A stretch of DNA of 61,449 nt from Actinomycetota bacterium (GTDB taxonomy: Bacteria; Actinomycetota; UBA4738; HRBIN12), in the NCBI GenBank assembly GCA_035711865.1, contig DASTBT010000052.1, forward strand, positions 1 to 61,449, written 5' to 3'. A program made the translations under genes and the position numbers. The notes under the pieces are model-generated. The model was not told the DNA's origin. It ran no database searches and saw nothing but the letters and a program-made list of their open reading frames with translations. Within the stretch, counting starts at the first letter, position 1. The number at the start of each line of letters is the position of its first letter. Positions 36,250 to 43,727 of this stretch are shown piece by piece.

Positions 36250-39200
36250 TCATCCCGCGGAGCCGGGGCTCGCGTGCCAGAGGGCTCGCGGCCCGGCGCC
36301 GGGGGCGGGAGCGTTCGAGCCCGGAGCCGCCCAGCCGCGGAGCGCCTCGCGCAACCGACCCTCGCCCCGGGCTCGGTGCAGGACCGAGAGGTCCCAGACC
36401 TCCTCGGCCACCACGCTCACCCCTGCGACCCCGGTTCGGCGGAGCTCCCCCGCGACCGCGAGCGCGTATCCGTGGAACACCGTCTTCGCGACCCTGGGCT
36501 GCACCGACTCGAACACCGTGACCTCGACCGGGCCGGTCGCGTCGTCGAGCGTGAGGAAGATGATGCGCTGGCCGCTGCGGATCGCCGGAGTCTGCGAGGC
36601 CACCTTCACGCCGGCGACGATCACCCCCGAGCCACCGCGCGTGCGGCGCAGATCCTTCGCCCGCGTCACTTCGAGGTCGGCGAGGACGGGCTCGAAGAAA
36701 CTCACGATGTGCCGGGTGGCGTCGAGTCCCATCACCTCGATCTCGGCGCGCACGACCTCGGCATCGGAGTAGTCCTTGAAGCGATGCCCCGCTGCGGGGT
36801 CGGCACCCATGGCGAGGGTGAGCTGGTCGCCTTCCCGCAGGGGTTCTGCGGTCATCGCCACGTACAGGTGTCGCCGGCGGGCCGGCTCGAGCGCGTCGAA
36901 CGCGCCTGCGTGGGCGAGCGCCTCGGTCACCGGCCGGCTCACGGTCGTGCGCCGCATGAAGTCGCCCACGTCGCGGAACGCGCGGTCGGCGCGCGCCGTC
37001 TGGATCGATCGGATCTCGGCGTCGCTGATGCCGTGCACGTCCTGGAGGCCGAGCCGGATACCGAAGGAGCCGGCGGTGCCGCCCTCACCCCCTGGCACCG
37101 GCTCCACCACGTACTCCGGCTCGCTCGCGTTCACGTCGAGCGGCAGGATCGCGATGCCGTGACGCCGCGCGTCGTCGAGGATCGTGCGACGCGGGTACAT
37201 GCCGGGGTCGTGGGTCAACAGGCCCGCGTACAGGTGCGCCGGGTAGTGCGCCTTCAGCCATGCGCTCTGGTAGGTCGGCACCGCGAACGCCGCCGCGTGC
37301 GCTTTGCAGAACCCGAACGAGGCGAACTGGGTCACCCCGTGCCACACCTTCACCGCCGCGTCGCGGTCCACGCCCCGGGCCGCCGCGCGCTCCACGAAAT
37401 CGGCCTCGAAGCCCGGCAGCATCTCCTCGCGGTCGAGGTGGCGCCGGATGTGGTCGGCGTAGGTCTCGGTGTACCCGGCGATCGCCGCGAGCGCCCGGAT
37501 CACCTGCTCGTGGAAGACGATCACCCCGTAGGTCTCCTGCAGCGGCCCGCGCAGGCCCGGATGGATGTAGCTCGGCCGCTCGAACGCCGATCGCCGCCGC
37601 AAGTACGGCGTGATCATGTCGGATTTCACCGGCCCGGGCCGGAACAGCGAGATGTCGACGATCAGATCTTCCCAGCGGTCGGGCTGCAGCTTCTGCAGCA
37701 GCTCGCGTTGGCCGGGCGACTCGATCTGGAAGCACCCGAGCGTGTCGGAGGCGCGGACGAGCTCGAACGTGGCGGGGTCGTCGAGCGCGATGCGGTCGAG
37801 GTCGACCTTCTCCCCCGTGGTGCGCGCGATCTCGTCGAGCGCGTGGCGCATCGAGCTCAGCATGCGCACGCCGAGGATGTCGAGCTTCAGGTAGCCGAGC
37901 AGCTCGACATCGTCCTTGTCGGCCTGGACCATTCGATGGCCGTTCGCGCTGCGTTCCAGCGGCACCCGCTCGACCAGGTCGTGGCTCGCGAGCACGATGC
38001 CGCACGGATGCAGCGCGATGTGCCGCGGGAACCCGGCCACCTTCTCCGCGACCCGGATCAACCGCTCCATCTGCTCGAAGCGCAGGTTGATGCCCGCCAG
38101 CTCTGGCAGGCGGTCGATCGCCTCGCGCAGATGCCTGGCCGAGATGTGCGGGAACGACGTCGCGACGACGCCGACCTCGACCTCGGGCAGCCCGAGCGCC
38201 TTGCCCACCTCGCGGATCGCCGAACGTGCCAGGTACGTGTCGATCATCGCGACGCAGCCCGCGCGCTCGGTGCCGTGACGGCCGAGGATCATGTCGTAGA
38301 CGTCTTCCCGCCTCGCCGACTCCACATCGATGTCGATGTCGGGCAGGTCCTCGCGCATCGGGTTCATGAACCGTTCGAACGACAGGTCGTGACGGAGCGC
38401 GTCGACGTCGGAGATGCCGGTCAGGTAGCACACGAGCGAGCCCGCCGCGCTCCCCCGGCACGCGGCGCGGATGCCCATCGCCTTCACGTCGGCGACGATG
38501 TCGGCCACGGTGAGGAAGTACGCCGCGAACCCCATGCGCCGGATCATCGAGAGCTCGTGGTGCAGCCGATCGCGCAGACGTTCGTCGACGTGCATCTCGC
38601 GGTCGTACACGCCGCGCCAGCACCGTTCGGCGAGCACGGCGTCGGCGCCGCGGCCTTGCGGCGTCGGGAAGTCGGGGAAGTGGATGCGCTCGAGCCCGAG
38701 GTCGTATCGGCACATGTCCGCGACGGCCAGGGTTCCGTCGCACAGATCGGGCCGCTCGGCGAAGAGCGCTCGCATCTCGGCTGCGGGCTTCAACCAACCC
38801 TCGGCGTTGCGGCGGGTCACGTTCGTCTCGGCGAGCGGCACGATGCGCCGTATGCACTCGAGCACGTCGGCCACGAACGCGTCGGCGGGCTCCAGGTACC
38901 GGACGGGGTTCGTCGCGACGGCGCGCACCCCGACGCGCTCGGCCAGGCGCAGCATCGACCTGATCTCGTGGGACGAGCCGCGCTCGAACCGGTGCTCGAC
39001 GCCGACGAGCAGGCGGTCGCGCCCGAACGCCTCGCGGAAGGGATCGAGCAGCCGCGCGGCGTGGTCGACGCGGCCGGCGACCGCCGCCCGCCCCGGGTGC
39101 GACCCTGGCCCGGCGATCGCGACGAGACCTGCCGCGTGCGCGCATATCTGCACCGCGTCGACCCACGGATCGCCGCGGTCGCCGAGCATGTGGGCGTCGG

Positions 39201-39531
39201 TGATCAGCCGGCAGAGGTTGGCGTAGCCGGTGTCGTCGGACGCGAGCAGCACGACGTGGGCATCGTGTTCGCTCCCCCGCCCACCCGGCGTGGGGGTTCG
39301 CACCGTGACCGATGCGCCGAGGATCGGCCGCACTCCCTCGGCCTCGCACGCTCGCACGAACCGCGCGGCGCCGTAGAGTCCGTCGCGGTCGGTCATCGCC
39401 ACGGTCGGCTCGTTCGTTCCGGCTGCTCGGCCGAGCACCCCCGCGCGGGACACGAGCTGCTCCGGCGTGAACGCGCCTTCCTTCAAGGAGAAGCACGAGC
39501 GCACATCGAGGTGCACGAACGATGCCGACAT
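36250..39531 (-). CDS. dnaE2: Error-prone DNA polymerase DnaE2 (ImuC)
   Basis: 1093-aa ORF. N-terminus MSASFVHLDVRSCFSLKEGAFTPEQLV and a pol III alpha core (FGFCKAHAAAFA). Size and lack of a C-terminal tau/beta-binding extension are typical of DnaE2 rather than DnaE1. Confidence 0.95.
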   Translation of the reverse strand: MSASFVHLDVRSCFSLKEGAFTPEQLVSRAGVLGRAAGTNEPTVAMTDRDGLYGAARFVRACEAEGVRPILGASVTVRTPTPGGRGSEHDAHVVLLASDDTGYANLCRLITDAHMLGDRGDPWVDAVQICAHAAGLVAIAGPGSHPGRAAVAGRVDHAARLLDPFREAFGRDRLLVGVEHRFERGSSHEIRSMLRLAERVGVRAVATNPVRYLEPADAFVADVLECIRRIVPLAETNVTRRNAEGWLKPAAEMRALFAERPDLCDGTLAVADMCRYDLGLERIHFPDFPTPQGRGADAVLAERCWRGVYDREMHVDERLRDRLHHELSMIRRMGFAAYFLTVADIVADVKAMGIRAACRGSAAGSLVCYLTGISDVDALRHDLSFERFMNPMREDLPDIDIDVESARREDVYDMILGRHGTERAGCVAMIDTYLARSAIREVGKALGLPEVEVGVVATSFPHISARHLREAIDRLPELAGINLRFEQMERLIRVAEKVAGFPRHIALHPCGIVLASHDLVERVPLERSANGHRMVQADKDDVELLGYLKLDILGVRMLSSMRHALDEIARTTGEKVDLDRIALDDPATFELVRASDTLGCFQIESPGQRELLQKLQPDRWEDLIVDISLFRPGPVKSDMITPYLRRRSAFERPSYIHPGLRGPLQETYGVIVFHEQVIRALAAIAGYTETYADHIRRHLDREEMLPGFEADFVERAAARGVDRDAAVKVWHGVTQFASFGFCKAHAAAFAVPTYQSAWLKAHYPAHLYAGLLTHDPGMYPRRTILDDARRHGIAILPLDVNASEPEYVVEPVPGGEGGTAGSFGIRLGLQDVHGISDAEIRSIQTARADRAFRDVGDFMRRTTVSRPVTEALAHAGAFDALEPARRRHLYVAMTAEPLREGDQLTLAMGADPAAGHRFKDYSDAEVVRAEIEVMGLDATRHIVSFFEPVLADLEVTRAKDLRRTRGGSGVIVAGVKVASQTPAIRSGQRIIFLTLDDATGPVEVTVFESVQPRVAKTVFHGYALAVAGELRRTGVAGVSVVAEEVWDLSVLHRARGEGRLREALRGWAAPGSNAPAPGAGPRALWHASPGSAG

Positions 39532-39584
39532 CGGCTACCCAGACCTGGGGAAGCGATGACGACCTTCGTCGACCGAGACGCCCC

Positions 39585-40274
39585 TCAGCGCTGCCAGATC
39601 GCGGGGTCGTGGGCGAAATGAACGCGGACGGGGTCGAGCCCCCGTAGGCGATCGACCGACCGTGCGTACGCGTCGGGATCTGGTGAGCTCGTTCGTCCCG
39701 ATGCCTCGGAGCCCTCGGCCCCTAGCCACTCGGCGCGGGACTGTACCGCCTGACCGGCGAGCACGATCGCACCGCCGGGTGCGTCGACGACCAACGACTG
39801 ATGCCCGGCGGTATGTCCCGGCGTCGGCACCAGCCGCATGCCCGGCGCGACCTCGGTCTCGCCGTCGAGGAGCTCGTAGGTGAGCCCCGGCACGTCGATC
39901 CACTCGGGAACCGTGTAGCCGGGCTCGTGGACCTTGGCCCACTCCGCGCGCTGCACGAAGATCGGCATGCCTCGGAGCCGGGCGTTCTGCCCCGAGTGGT
40001 CGAAGTGCAGGTGGCAGTTGGCCGCGCCGGTCACGTCGGCGAGCGAGATGCCGGCTTCCTCGAGCGCATCGTCGACCGGACGGACCCGTGGGGAGAACCT
40101 CGTCTCGACCTCGGCGTCGCCGAAGCCGGCGCCGTTGTCGAACAGGAAGATCCCGTCGGGATGCTCGACCGCGTGGCCGTACGACGGCCACCATTCCATC
40201 GCCAGGAGCTCCCGTTCCGCATCTGGCAGCCGCAGCTCGGACACCAGGAACGGGATGACTCGCACGTCGCTCAC
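39585..40274 (-). CDS. Metallo-beta-lactamase-fold hydrolase (AHL-lactonase-like)
   Basis: 229-aa ORF starting with GTG. Blocks: HLHFDHSGQ (HxHxDH), TPGHTAGH, and late His/Asp ligands HFAHD. Confidence 0.88.
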   Translation of the reverse strand: MSDVRVIPFLVSELRLPDAERELLAMEWWPSYGHAVEHPDGIFLFDNGAGFGDAEVETRFSPRVRPVDDALEEAGISLADVTGAANCHLHFDHSGQNARLRGMPIFVQRAEWAKVHEPGYTVPEWIDVPGLTYELLDGETEVAPGMRLVPTPGHTAGHQSLVVDAPGGAIVLAGQAVQSRAEWLGAEGSEASGRTSSPDPDAYARSVDRLRGLDPVRVHFAHDPAIWQR

Positions 40275-40290
40275 GGCACCACGCTACCTT

Positions 40291-40362
40291 CATGCATGCG
40301 CTACCGCTTCGCTGCATGAGCGCGTGCATGCATGCGCTACCGCTTCGCTGCTTGAGCGCGTG
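40291..40362. repeat. Tandem direct repeat, 2 x 36 bp (35/36 identical)
   Basis: 40291-40326 is catgcatgcgctaccgcttcgctgcAtgagcgcgtg. 40327-40362 is identical except A to T at unit position 26. Each unit opens with the palindrome CATGCATG. A partial extra copy (acgctacc) lies at 40281-40288. The repeat sits between the 86-aa gene stop (40365) and the MBL start (40274). Confidence 0.95.
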
Positions 40363-40364
40363 CG

Positions 40365-40625
40365 CTAGTCCCACAAGCGCTCCATGTGCCAGCGGTCCCT
40401 GCCGCGGTCGAAGTAGAGATCCCAGACCGCGCCGCCGCGCGCTTCCACGCGCCAGTACTCGCGATCGCGGCCGTCGGACCACCATCGGCCCTCGATCTTC
40501 CACCGGCCGATCACGTCGGCGACCTCGTAGCGGCGGCCCCGCCACTCGAACGCGCTCGGCATGCCGGTGTCACGTTCGACCCTGATCTCCTCGTCGAATC
40601 GCTTCGTCACCGTGACGGTCCTCAC
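40365..40625 (-). CDS. 86-aa Trp/Arg-rich protein resembling the C-terminal domain of ImuB (DUF6504-like)
   Basis: ORF starting with GTG. Sequence: FEWRGRRYEVADVIGRWKIEGRWWSDGRDREYWRVEARGGAVWDLYFDRGRDRWHMERLWD. First gene downstream of the LexA box. Family assignment is from memory of ImuB C-termini (WW...R.Y[YW]RVE...W.L[FY].D...RW.[LM]...[FW]) and has not been searched. Confidence 0.6.
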   Translation of the reverse strand: MRTVTVTKRFDEEIRVERDTGMPSAFEWRGRRYEVADVIGRWKIEGRWWSDGRDREYWRVEARGGAVWDLYFDRGRDRWHMERLWD

Positions 40626-40653
40626 AGTCGAAAGGGTCGTGCCCGTTCATGAA

Positions 40654-40669
40654 TCGAACGTATGTTCGA
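40654..40669. promoter_or_regulatory. LexA operator (SOS box)
   Basis: TCGAAC-GTAT-GTTCGA is a perfect 6+4+6 palindrome matching the actinobacterial/Gram-positive consensus TCGAAC-N4-GTTCGA. It lies 29 nt upstream of the 86-aa gene start. Confidence 0.75.
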
Positions 40670-40679
40670 GCGGAGGACG

Positions 40680-40709
40680 AATGTACGCCCGGGTTCCGAC
40701 ATCCGTCAA
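40680..40709 (-). promoter_or_regulatory. Candidate SOS-regulated promoter
   Basis: Reading the minus strand: TTGACG (40709-40704), 18 nt, TACATT (40685-40680). The LexA box begins 10 nt downstream of the -10 element. Confidence 0.45.
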
Positions 40710-40746
40710 GGCGGGTCGGGGCGAGGAGAGGCCTATCATCTGGAGC

Positions 40747-42012
40747 ATGACCACCGTGGCCGATCCGAACGAGCAGCTCACGCCCACCGCCCTCCCGACC
40801 TCCACCGAGCAGCAGATCGAGCTCGTCGACCACTACTCCGCGCACAACTACCACCCGCTGCCCGTCGTGGTCGCCGAGGCCGAGGGGGCGTGGGTCACCG
40901 ACGTCGAGGGCAAGCGCTATCTCGACATGCTGGCCGCCTACTCCGCGCTCAACTTCGGCCACCGCCACCCCGACCTGATCGCGGCGGCCCATGCACAGCT
41001 CCACCGGCTCACGCTCACGAGCCGGGCGTTCCACAACGACCGGATGGGGCTGTTCTGCCGGGATCTCGCCGAGCTCTGCGGCATGGAGATGGTGCTGCCG
41101 ATGAACTCGGGTGCCGAGGCGGTCGAGACCGCCGTGAAGACCGCCCGTCGTTGGGGGTACGACGTCAAGGGTGTGCCCGAGGACCGCGCGAAGATCGTCA
41201 CCTGTGAGGGGAACTTCCACGGGCGCACGATCACGATCGTGAGCTTCTCGACCGACCCGAGCGCCAAGGGCGGGTTCGGGCCGTTCACCCCCGGGTTCGA
41301 GACGGTGCCCTACGGCGACACCGAGACGCTCGAGACCGCGCTCGCCGACCCCGACGTGGTCGCGTTCCTCGTCGAGCCGATCCAGGGCGAGGCGGGGGTG
41401 ATCGTGCCGCCCGAGGGGTACCTGCGACGGGCCAGAGAGCTCTGCGACGCGAACCGCGTGCTGCTGATCGCCGACGAGATCCAGTCGGGGCTGGGGCGCA
41501 CCGGTCGCACGTTCGCGTGCGACCACGAGGGGGTCCGCCCAGACGTGTACGTCGTCGGCAAGGCGCTGGGCGGCGGCATCGTGCCCCTGTCGGCGGTCGT
41601 CTCGACCCGCGACGTGCTGGGGGTGTTCCGTCCGGGCGAGCACGGATCGACGTTCGGCGGCAACCCGCTGGCGTCCGCGATCGGCCTCGAGGTGCTGCGG
41701 CTCCTCGGCACGGGCGAGTTCCAGCGACGATCCGACGACCTCGGAAGCGCGTTGATCGCCCGGCTGCGTGCCGAGGCCCCGCCGGGGGCGGTCGTCGAGG
41801 TGCGCGGCAAGGGCTTGTGGGTCGGCATCGAGCTCTCGTCCGAGGCCGCGCCGGCTCGCGAGGTCTGCGAGCGGTTGATGGAGATGGGCGTGCTCGCCAA
41901 GGACACGCACGAGACCACCGTGCGGCTCGCTCCCCCGCTCTGCGTGACGCCGGAGGACCTGGATTGGGCGGCGGACCGGATCCTCACGGCCCTGGCCGAG
42001 CGGCTCGGCTGA
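40747..42012 (+). CDS. rocD: Ornithine aminotransferase
   Basis: ORF 40561..42012. The ATG at 40747 (MTTVADPNEQ...) fits family length. An alternative ATG at 40681 has GGAGG 4 nt upstream. Blocks: HNYHPLP, LNFGHRHP, DEIQSGLGRTG, GKALGGG and STFGGNPLA. Confidence 0.92.
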   Translation: MTTVADPNEQLTPTALPTSTEQQIELVDHYSAHNYHPLPVVVAEAEGAWVTDVEGKRYLDMLAAYSALNFGHRHPDLIAAAHAQLHRLTLTSRAFHNDRMGLFCRDLAELCGMEMVLPMNSGAEAVETAVKTARRWGYDVKGVPEDRAKIVTCEGNFHGRTITIVSFSTDPSAKGGFGPFTPGFETVPYGDTETLETALADPDVVAFLVEPIQGEAGVIVPPEGYLRRARELCDANRVLLIADEIQSGLGRTGRTFACDHEGVRPDVYVVGKALGGGIVPLSAVVSTRDVLGVFRPGEHGSTFGGNPLASAIGLEVLRLLGTGEFQRRSDDLGSALIARLRAEAPPGAVVEVRGKGLWVGIELSSEAAPAREVCERLMEMGVLAKDTHETTVRLAPPLCVTPEDLDWAADRILTALAERLG

Positions 42013-42095
42013 TCGGCGAGATCGACGGCGGCGAGCGAGAACCGTTCGCTCCGGGCGCCGTCGTCACGCTCACCGAGACCTGGCGGGGACGGGCG

Positions 42096-42647
42096 ATGTC
42101 GATGCGCCCGGTGCGGGTCGTCGAGGACGTGCCGCACCACCATCGCGCCTTCTACCTCTCCCCGGGATCGCGATGGCTGAACGACCCGCGCGACCACGGC
42201 GAGGTCCGGTTCCACGACGCCGCTTGGGAGCTCGAGTCCAAGGTGCGCGAGCGCCCCGTGCTCTCGTTCGCGTTCCCCGAGACCGCGTACGCCGTGCTGC
42301 TCTCGTGGACGGTCGAGTGGGAATTCGAGGGCTACTACGTGAACATCCAGTCGCCGCTGCGGGAACGGGGCGCCACGCTCGAGTTCACGGACTGGTTCCT
42401 CGACGCCCGTATCCCGCCGGCCCGCGACGCCTACGAGTGGAAGGACGAGCACGAGCTCGCCGAGGCGGTCCGGCGCGGGTTCCTCACCGAGGCAGACGCC
42501 CATGGCGTGCGATGGGCGGGGGAACGCGCGATCGAGCAGGTGCTCCTGCACGAGCCTCCGTTCGACGACGCTTGGGAAGCGTGGCGGCCCGATCCGGCGT
42601 GGGGGCGCCTCGATCTGCCGTCCGATCGGGCTCCGGACCCCTTCTGA
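42096..42647 (+). CDS. DUF402 (FomD-like nucleoside diphosphatase fold) protein
   Basis: First ATG in frame (MSMRPVRVVEDVP...) within ORF 41517..42647; 183 aa. Core block FEGYYVNIQSPL...EFTDWFLDARIP...WKDEHELAEAVRRGFLTEADA. Confidence 0.7.
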   Translation: MSMRPVRVVEDVPHHHRAFYLSPGSRWLNDPRDHGEVRFHDAAWELESKVRERPVLSFAFPETAYAVLLSWTVEWEFEGYYVNIQSPLRERGATLEFTDWFLDARIPPARDAYEWKDEHELAEAVRRGFLTEADAHGVRWAGERAIEQVLLHEPPFDDAWEAWRPDPAWGRLDLPSDRAPDPF

Positions 42648-42725
42648 CCGAGCGCGTCGCATCCCACACCTCGGGAGGGCGAGGCGTAGGATGCTCGCCG
42701 TCGGTTCGAGAAGGGGGATCCCATC

Positions 42726-43592
42726 ATGGACAACTCGGGTGGCTTCACCACCCCGCCCCCGCCTCCGCCGCCGCCCGGCGGCGAGGGAGGCGCAGGAGGG
42801 TCGGGCCTCCCGCCGCGCGGCATCGGCGAGATCCTGAGCACCGCGTTCGAGATCTATAAGGCGAACGCCGCGAACCTGCTGATGATCGTCGCGATCGTCG
42901 TGGTTCCGTTGACGTTCATCAGCGCGTTCCTCTCCGGGGTCGTGTTCGCCCCCGAGACCAGCACCGAGGTGGTCTTCGGGCAGGAGATCGAGGTGTCCTC
43001 GCAATCGGCCGCCGCCGCCCTCCTCGTGGCGGCGATCGCGGCGGTGATCGCGGTGATCATCTCCGCGGTCCTGCAGGCGGCGATCATGCGTGGCGCCGCA
43101 CAGGGCAGCATCGGCGATCAGGTCGACATCGACGCCTCGTACAAGTGGGGCTTCGCGCGGTTCGGCAGCGTGCTGCTGATCTCGATCCTCGTCGGCCTCA
43201 CGGTGCTGGTGGGCCTGCTGCTGTTCATCATCCCCGGCATATTCCTGGCCGTGATGTTCTCGGTGGCGATCCCGGCGCTCGTCGTCGAGAACCGCCGCGG
43301 CACCGACGCGATGGGGCGCTCGTGGAACCTGGTGAAGGGCCACTTCTGGCACGCGTTCGGCCTGTTCATCGTCACGTTCATCCTCGTCGCGGTGGTCGGA
43401 GGCATCATCGGGGCGATCGGCGGCGCGATCAGCGACAACTGGTTCGTGACGTGGATCTTCAGCTCCATCGCACAGATCATCGTGGCGCCGTTCTCCGCGC
43501 TGGTCAGCGTGTTGCTGTACCTGGACCTGCGCGCTCGCACCGAGGCGCTCACCGCCGACGGGCTGCGAGGGGAGCTGAACCGAGCCGTCTAG
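42726..43592 (+). CDS. Multi-pass membrane protein with Pro/Gly-rich N-terminus (function unknown)
   Basis: 288-aa ORF with GAAGGGGGA 7 nt upstream. N-terminal PPPPPPPPGGEGGAGGSG, then about 6 hydrophobic helices. High third-position G/C. Confidence 0.75.
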   Translation: MDNSGGFTTPPPPPPPPGGEGGAGGSGLPPRGIGEILSTAFEIYKANAANLLMIVAIVVVPLTFISAFLSGVVFAPETSTEVVFGQEIEVSSQSAAAALLVAAIAAVIAVIISAVLQAAIMRGAAQGSIGDQVDIDASYKWGFARFGSVLLISILVGLTVLVGLLLFIIPGIFLAVMFSVAIPALVVENRRGTDAMGRSWNLVKGHFWHAFGLFIVTFILVAVVGGIIGAIGGAISDNWFVTWIFSSIAQIIVAPFSALVSVLLYLDLRARTEALTADGLRGELNRAV

Positions 43593-43618
43593 TTCACGCA
43601 TCTCGACCACGAAACCTC

Positions 43619-43647
43619 GAGAGGGCGTCCCGATGGGGCGCCCTCTC
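43619..43647 (+). terminator. Candidate intrinsic (I-shaped) terminator hairpin
   Basis: GAGAGGGCGTCCC-gat-GGGGCGCCCTCTC forms a 13-bp stem (one G-U pair) with a 3-nt loop, 24 nt after the membrane-protein stop. There is no U-tract, as is common in high-GC actinobacteria. Confidence 0.55.
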
Positions 43648-43727
43648 CGCATCCGAGATCCGGTCGCTCCCCGGTGAGCCGATCCGGTTGTCGGCCATGC
43701 CCGGCGCGAGCGATGGTATGGATCGTG

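Noticed and set aside
39532-39584. Second SOS box or promoter directly upstream of dnaE2
   Set aside because: No GAAC-N4-GTTC-like dyad or -35/-10 pair is recognisable in the 53-nt gap. dnaE2 is more simply explained as co-transcribed from the 40.7-kb promoter.
36241-39621. 1126-aa plus-strand ORF
   Set aside because: It is antisense to dnaE2 and has the same compositional artefact. dnaE2 on the minus strand has unambiguous polymerase motifs.
40291-40362. Possible minimal CRISPR array
   Set aside because: The two 36-bp units are directly adjacent with no spacer. There are only two copies, and no cas genes or leader are present.
40292-40585. 97-aa plus-strand ORF with repeated peptide MHALPLRC(M/L)SAC
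   Set aside because: The peptide repeat is simply the translation of the 36-bp DNA tandem repeat. The rest of the ORF is antisense to the 86-aa gene.
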